From the NCBI GenBank assembly GCA_964016885.1, contig OZ024745.1, forward strand, positions 72,230,001 to 72,294,000: a stretch of DNA of 64,000 nt. The letters run 5' to 3'. The notes under the pieces are model-generated. The model did not search any database. It had not been told where the DNA came from and was given only the letters and a program-made list of their open reading frames with translations. The translations under genes were made by a program, and so were the position numbers. This document shows, one piece after another, positions 58,546 through 64,000 of this stretch (position 1 is its first letter; the number at the start of each line of letters is the position of its first letter). The stretch is from Eledone cirrhosa. Taxonomy: Eukaryota.

Positions 58546-58631
58546 GGTGACGCGCGTTTTGCCACTGATCAGCTCAAGGTTTGATCTGTATCGATCTTAA
58601 CCGACTCTATACTCGGCAGCTCGACAGACCC
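58546..58631 (-). ncRNA. Degenerate HHR-like motif
   Basis: GGGT-CTGTCGA-GCTGCC...GGC-AAAA-CGCGCG-TC-ACCT; two core substitutions. Confidence 0.45.
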
Positions 58632-59498
58632 TTTAAAATGCTATAAGAAAATGAATACATGCTATATGATAAAGTCAGAAGTTCATGTGTTGGTCAATAT
58701 GAATTGTTTTGGTTGGTGGAATAGATCATAGGGATGTATTCGCCTGTAGTGTATGTGGGGGGTGGATGTGATGATAAGATGGTGGTGACGGTCGCTGACT
58801 TGGATGAGCTGTGGTGTGGGGGTAATGGATTGTCGGTAGACAGATTGGTGTATATTTGTGGGTGATTATTGTGTGCGCTTTGGGTGTGGTGTTGTTGTTT
58901 ATGGTAATGGCGTTTTTGTTGGTGTGGTGGATGTGTTGATGGTATCAAGTCCATGGGGAGATACATACCTAGACACTCTTAGTCTGACAAATACGTTGTA
59001 TACATATACATGCGTATATATACTGACATATATACACATACACACTTATATACACACACATACACACGCACACTTACACCCACACATACATATATCTATA
59101 TACATATATACACACATATATGCATGCGCGCGTGTGGATATATAGAGAGAGGGGGTGAGTGTCAGTGGGGGTGGCGTAGTACATAGATAGAGGGAGGGTG
59201 AGGGCCAATGGAGATGGTGTTGTACATATAGACATACACATACATACATAATACATACACACACATATATATATATATATAAATATACATAACATTAGGG
59301 ATACTATTTATGGTTATGTATATATTAAAACTTTTTATAGTTATGTATATTTTAAACCCTAAACAGCGAAAGACAGTAATTTATTACTACCTTATTACCA
59401 GTAAGATAAATAGCTCAATGTAATAACATCAGTTGTTCTACAGAGCAGTTATATAGAATTCACAAGAATCAAGGCTATGTTCAAAGCATTTATTCACT

Positions 59499-59537
59499 TA
59501 CAATTGTTTCATCCAAACCTAGGCTTGGCATCTTCGG
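59499..59537 (-). ncRNA. HHR-like core downstream of PLE3
   Basis: CCGAAGA-stem II CCAAGC/GTTTGG-GAAA-CAATTG-TA; stem I weak. Confidence 0.55.
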
Positions 59538-60434
59538 GGCATTTTTCAATGTTTGTACACATAATTGACCTCCTTTCCAACGCAAGAGACATACAGATAC
59601 ATATATATATATATTGATGTACAGTGGCATATATTATACTATACTATTTTTGTACAGCAATTCAAATTCAAAATCAAAATCAAAATTAAAATAAAAATAA
59701 AAATTAAAATACATTGTGCCTTGTGGTGGAGTTGTGAGCGACAAAAAATATACAGGATCGAATAATAGGATGGGTTACAGGTTAGAAGGTGACATAGGGA
59801 ACACGGGGGAAAAATTTTGTGGACGCATAGCGATGTGTGTGGTCATGGTGGTGGTGGTGGTGATGGGGTGATATGTTCAACAATATATTTAGATGATCAG
59901 ATGTTACGGTGGGTTACAGGGTAAAGAAGTTAGAGAGAGCAGATATAACACAGTCGTTCTGGGAGTGACGGATGATATGTGTTGATGATGTTAATGATGT
60001 TAATGATTGTTGAAATATGTAGCTGTATCTAGTGGTGGCGGTGGTGGTGTGTGCGACAGTACATTTACAGGATCGAATTTTGCGTGGGGTTGTAGGTTAA
60101 GGCAGACAGAGGGAATATGGAGGAATAAGGTTGCGGGTGTGGGATGGTAGACATATAGCGATGTGTTCGGTGGTGGTGGTGGCAATGGGGTGATATGGTC
60201 GACATTATATTTACATGATCAGGTGTTACCATGGATTACAAGGTAAAACCTGACAGAGGGGACAGATAGAACCCAATGTTGTAAAGATGAGGGGTGTATG
60301 GCGATGTGATTTTTGGTGGGGGTGATGTGTGCGGCATGATATACAAAATACGGGCTTACAAATGGTTACATGCAATAAAATAAAATAAATTCACTGAGAT
60401 GAGGGATGGAGAGACGGGGCAAAGGTGGTTATTA

Positions 60435-61770
60435 TTATGTTGGGTCATGGTTAGTGTGCGTCCCTCCGCCGAATGTTTGTGCAGAAAATGTGTTCAGCCT
60501 GGTGTGTCTGCAATTGATAATTATGTCCGACCTATAGTTTATGGCAGATTTTAATTTAATTATTTCTGCCGCCTCGGCCGAGCATAACCTGCAGTGGTTT
60601 CTGTCACTGGGGAGTTGCGCCACGCGTCTTTTGACTGACCACGTGATCTGGGATTCGATGTTCCTGTCCTTGAGGTCCCAGATCAAATCGGCCAGTCTGG
60701 TTTGGGATCATTTCAGCCTATGTTTAAAAGAGCTTCTATGGTTATACCAGCGCTCCTTAAACGTAGTGGATGTCGCACCTATATATGAGTACTCTTTATT
60801 GCCGGCTGTGACATCACACCGGTAAACAATGTTTTTAACGAGACACTCCCCGTTTAGTGGGCATTCAGCCCGTTTTTTGCAGTTGCAATTGGGTGTTACC
60901 GGTGTGGTGGCACGTTGCCGGTTGGTGGTATGCTGTATGGAGCTGGCATGTGGGTTGTTGTGTTGTGTTGTGTATGTGGTTTCGTTCTGGGTTGTGGTAG
61001 TGTTTTGTTGTGGGGAAACCATGTTTTTGCGTATTTTCGTCCTATTAGTCTGTCCTATTGTGTGGCCTAGATTTGGTGCTGTGGAGAACGAGAATCTTAC
61101 AGTGTGTCTATTGAAGAGCTTGTGGTATTTATGTGTGTGTGGAAAAGATTGTTCAAGAACCCTGAAGAAGGTTCCCGGTATATTGATGACAACATGTATA
61201 GAATACATGTGACAGGTCTACTTCGGGCTCTACGGTGTTTAGTGAGGTTTTTGTGGTAGGTGGTAGTTTGGGTGCGTTTTGGTTAGGCGTATGTGTCATA
61301 GGGGTTCCTAGTAATCTGTTGGCGTTATGTCTGTTGTCTCTATTACTACGTAAACGTGTGCGATAGTCGGAGTCCTTATTGGGGTTGGAGAGTATAGCTT
61401 TATCTCCTTGACAGTTGTATGTAACGCTGCCTGCCCTGACGGCTAAAGAAGGTCTTAGGTTATTATTTGTTCTAGGTGTGGTGACCTCTTCTATGTTCGT
61501 TTCTAAGGGTCCGGTTATGTTTGGCAGAGTTACTGTTCTATTTGGGTCATTGTAAGAAATCTTCTCAATGTAACCAACGTTTTCAAATGTAGTATTGAGT
61601 TGTAGTATTCCGCGTGCTGGTTGAAGATAGTTCTATTAGCCGACAGGGTGGACACTCTATAGGAGACGCTTTTAACTATTGAGTTAATTATGCTCCTAGG
61701 GTGGTTGGAGTGTCTGTTGACGTATTTAAGATTTTCATTAGGTTCGTGGTATGGACGGTAGAGACCGCTC
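60435..61770 (-). pseudogene. Penelope-like retroelement 3: RT C-terminus, linker and GIY-YIG, 5'-truncated at (TA)n
   Basis: YRPYHEPNENLKYVNRHSNHP, FPHTHKYHKLFNRHTVRFSFSTAPNL, CNCKKRAECPLNGECLVKNIVYRC, YSYIGATSTTFKERWYNH, CRLC. Confidence 0.9.
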
Positions 61771-62984
61771 ATATATATATATGCATATATATATATATGC
61801 GCGAGCGTGCGTGTGTGCGTGTGTGCGTGTGCGTGTTTACTATATACACACTTAAATGCTCGACAAAGAAATAAGTAAACTCGTTAGTGCACATTCAGAC
61901 AATTTTCATACATATTAAGAATAAGAAATATAAAAGATGAAACAGCGAAGACCGTACATACTTAGACAACTTCGTATATATTACAATAATATTTATTGAA
62001 AGAAGGGAATCACGGGAAGGGGACAAATTATTCTATCAAATATACATATATTTATATTGAGGATAATCATAGTTTGCCATTTCTTCCTACATTTCCCGAA
62101 CCAGTCAGAACTTACACACAAATAGTAATACGTGCTACCCCTCTCCTCTGACTATGCTATGAGAAGTAATATGATTCTCCTTCAGACTCCATTGAATGCC
62201 TGTCCAACAGACATATTTTCTTGGGACTAATTACTTAGAGATGAAGATCTTACTAGTGAATCACCGACCTATTAAAAGTTAGTAACGTTTATAATTTTTT
62301 CTTTCATGATATCTTTTTACTGGTATTACCTACATTATTCTAGTATTTTATTTCATATCATAATTTCATTTTTTATTTCATTTTTATATGAATATAATGG
62401 CCTTGATAGTACGAACAAAGAACTCAACATATGTGCGACTTGCACTACATTTGGTGCAACAATGTAAATTTATAATTATCTTATTAAATAAAAAAAGCAT
62501 GTAGCACTTATGTTTTGGCATGTTTGAGAATGCATACAAGAAATAAAGGCCGGAAGGAAATAACTTGAATACGTGCAGACTGCTATCAGTAAGATGTTAT
62601 ATATTTTTTAAATGGTGTAAGTTTTAAAGTGTTTCTTGTGAACCATTGTAGAGTTAATATAATATATATCCTTTAAACCTTATCCTTGCAATTAAACATA
62701 TCGTTCATACAATGAATGCTTTTGTAGATTTCTTTTTAGTGTTTGCCTTGCCATCATCACCATCATCAACTTTGCTATCACCAGGATTTTAATTGCGGAT
62801 GCTTCTATTTATTATTCTATGTTAATGAGCTGTCTTTAAACCTTAGAAAAGTGTCGAAAAGATATATTTCTGCTGAATATTTCCGTGAAAAGCACAGCAG
62901 TGCATTCAAGTTGAAATTAAAAAAAAAATAATTTCGATCCTCTACTATATCTCTGTTGTCTTTCGTTGAGTTTTCCTCACTATA

Positions 62985-63032
<48 letters not shown>

Positions 63033-64000
63033 AAGCAAGTGTCTTCTGTTCTAGCGTCAGGCTGATCAGTGCGTTGTCTAATATAATAATACGCTGCAGG
63101 GCAGAACCCCTAAATAACGTGGTGACCAAGCCAGAGTTTGTTCTACACGGCTGTCCCTCGTCTATATATTTTGGCCATTTTATTTGTATTACGTCATGAG
63201 ATGCAATTTTCATATTCTCATAATGTTATTGAGTGAATGAGGAAGCCACTATAACACTTAACCTGCAAGAAAAATTACAACTAAACTCCTTTCAAAGCAC
63301 AAAGTGTTGTATTATATAAATGACATTAGGTAATGATTTGCCAGAAGACGGATGGAATGTCTTTCATTATGAAACTTCATTGAGTCCAAATCATCGTCGG
63401 CGTCGTCATCATCATGCCATGATTTGACTATGCTCTTTATCTCAGAATAGAATATAGCAGAGCTCCATAATTGCCTAATGGAATTATGTAACTTATTTTC
63501 TAATGTTCTTCCAGCTTCTTTGTTTTATAATATAAAGATTTGTACCACCCTTTGTTCCATACTATAATAATTGTTTAACTCTCTTAGTTTTGTTTTGACT
63601 GCAAAACCAAAACCCTCATATTAAATGTACATGATAAACAATACTAATTTCATAATTCTTATTTAACTTGTCTTTTTTAAATAAAAATATTCTGAAATAG
63701 AAATATTTCCATTTGGCTAATTAGTTGTGATATCACGATTAGAGAGTGCAGTAAATTCTATTTTATTTATTTATTTTGTTCCTTTACCAAAACTCTCTTG
63801 TGGAATTTCAGTTATTTACAATCGACGCCTAGAAGTATAAAATCTCTCCATACTGTTAATCGTTTTAAATTTTATTTAAGTTGTGAAGGAATGTAAAAAA
63901 AGCATTTTAAACGGTCTCGAGAATAACGTAAATCTTCTGAGACTGTTTCTAGGTTAGAAGCTGTCGACATAGGTCAACAATGGGTTATTTAGTGTGATTA

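Noticed and set aside
60708-60710. In-frame TGA inside the PLE3 endonuclease as selenocysteine (reported for some Naiad PLEs)
   Set aside because: It aligns with Arg, not Cys, in the other two PLEs, so CGA>TGA decay is the simpler explanation; no SECIS identified.

Overview
AT-rich, repeat-dominated eukaryotic DNA with no host protein-coding gene that I can support. The SINE families resemble those I recall from octopus/cephalopod genomes (inference, not searched). Most ORFs in the track are artefacts of (TA)n/(CA)n microsatellites, and there is a 200-N gap at 51143-51342. Recognisable mobile elements: three 5'-truncated Penelope-like elements (PLEs) with GIY-YIG endonuclease, a young 5'-truncated Tx1/L1-type LINE with an 18-bp TSD, a Mariner relic, a hAT-type MITE, CR1/L2 and RTE fragments, and many tRNA-derived SINEs. 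The main hidden system is a dense population of non-coding inserts in (TA)n tracts. About a dozen minimal type-I hammerhead ribozyme (HHR) motifs, intact or variant, lie in or beside these inserts, with palindromic stem III. They include a 317-nt tandem pair (retrozyme-like) and three unrelated copies with a U3:A8 covariant core. Many inserts share one architecture: head-to-head inverted arms, one with a 3' tail and one ending early at an internal TA. At least one tRNA-headed element has the same architecture, suggesting a PLE-mobilised SINE. All RNA folds were done by eye and coordinates of degenerate repeats are approximate.
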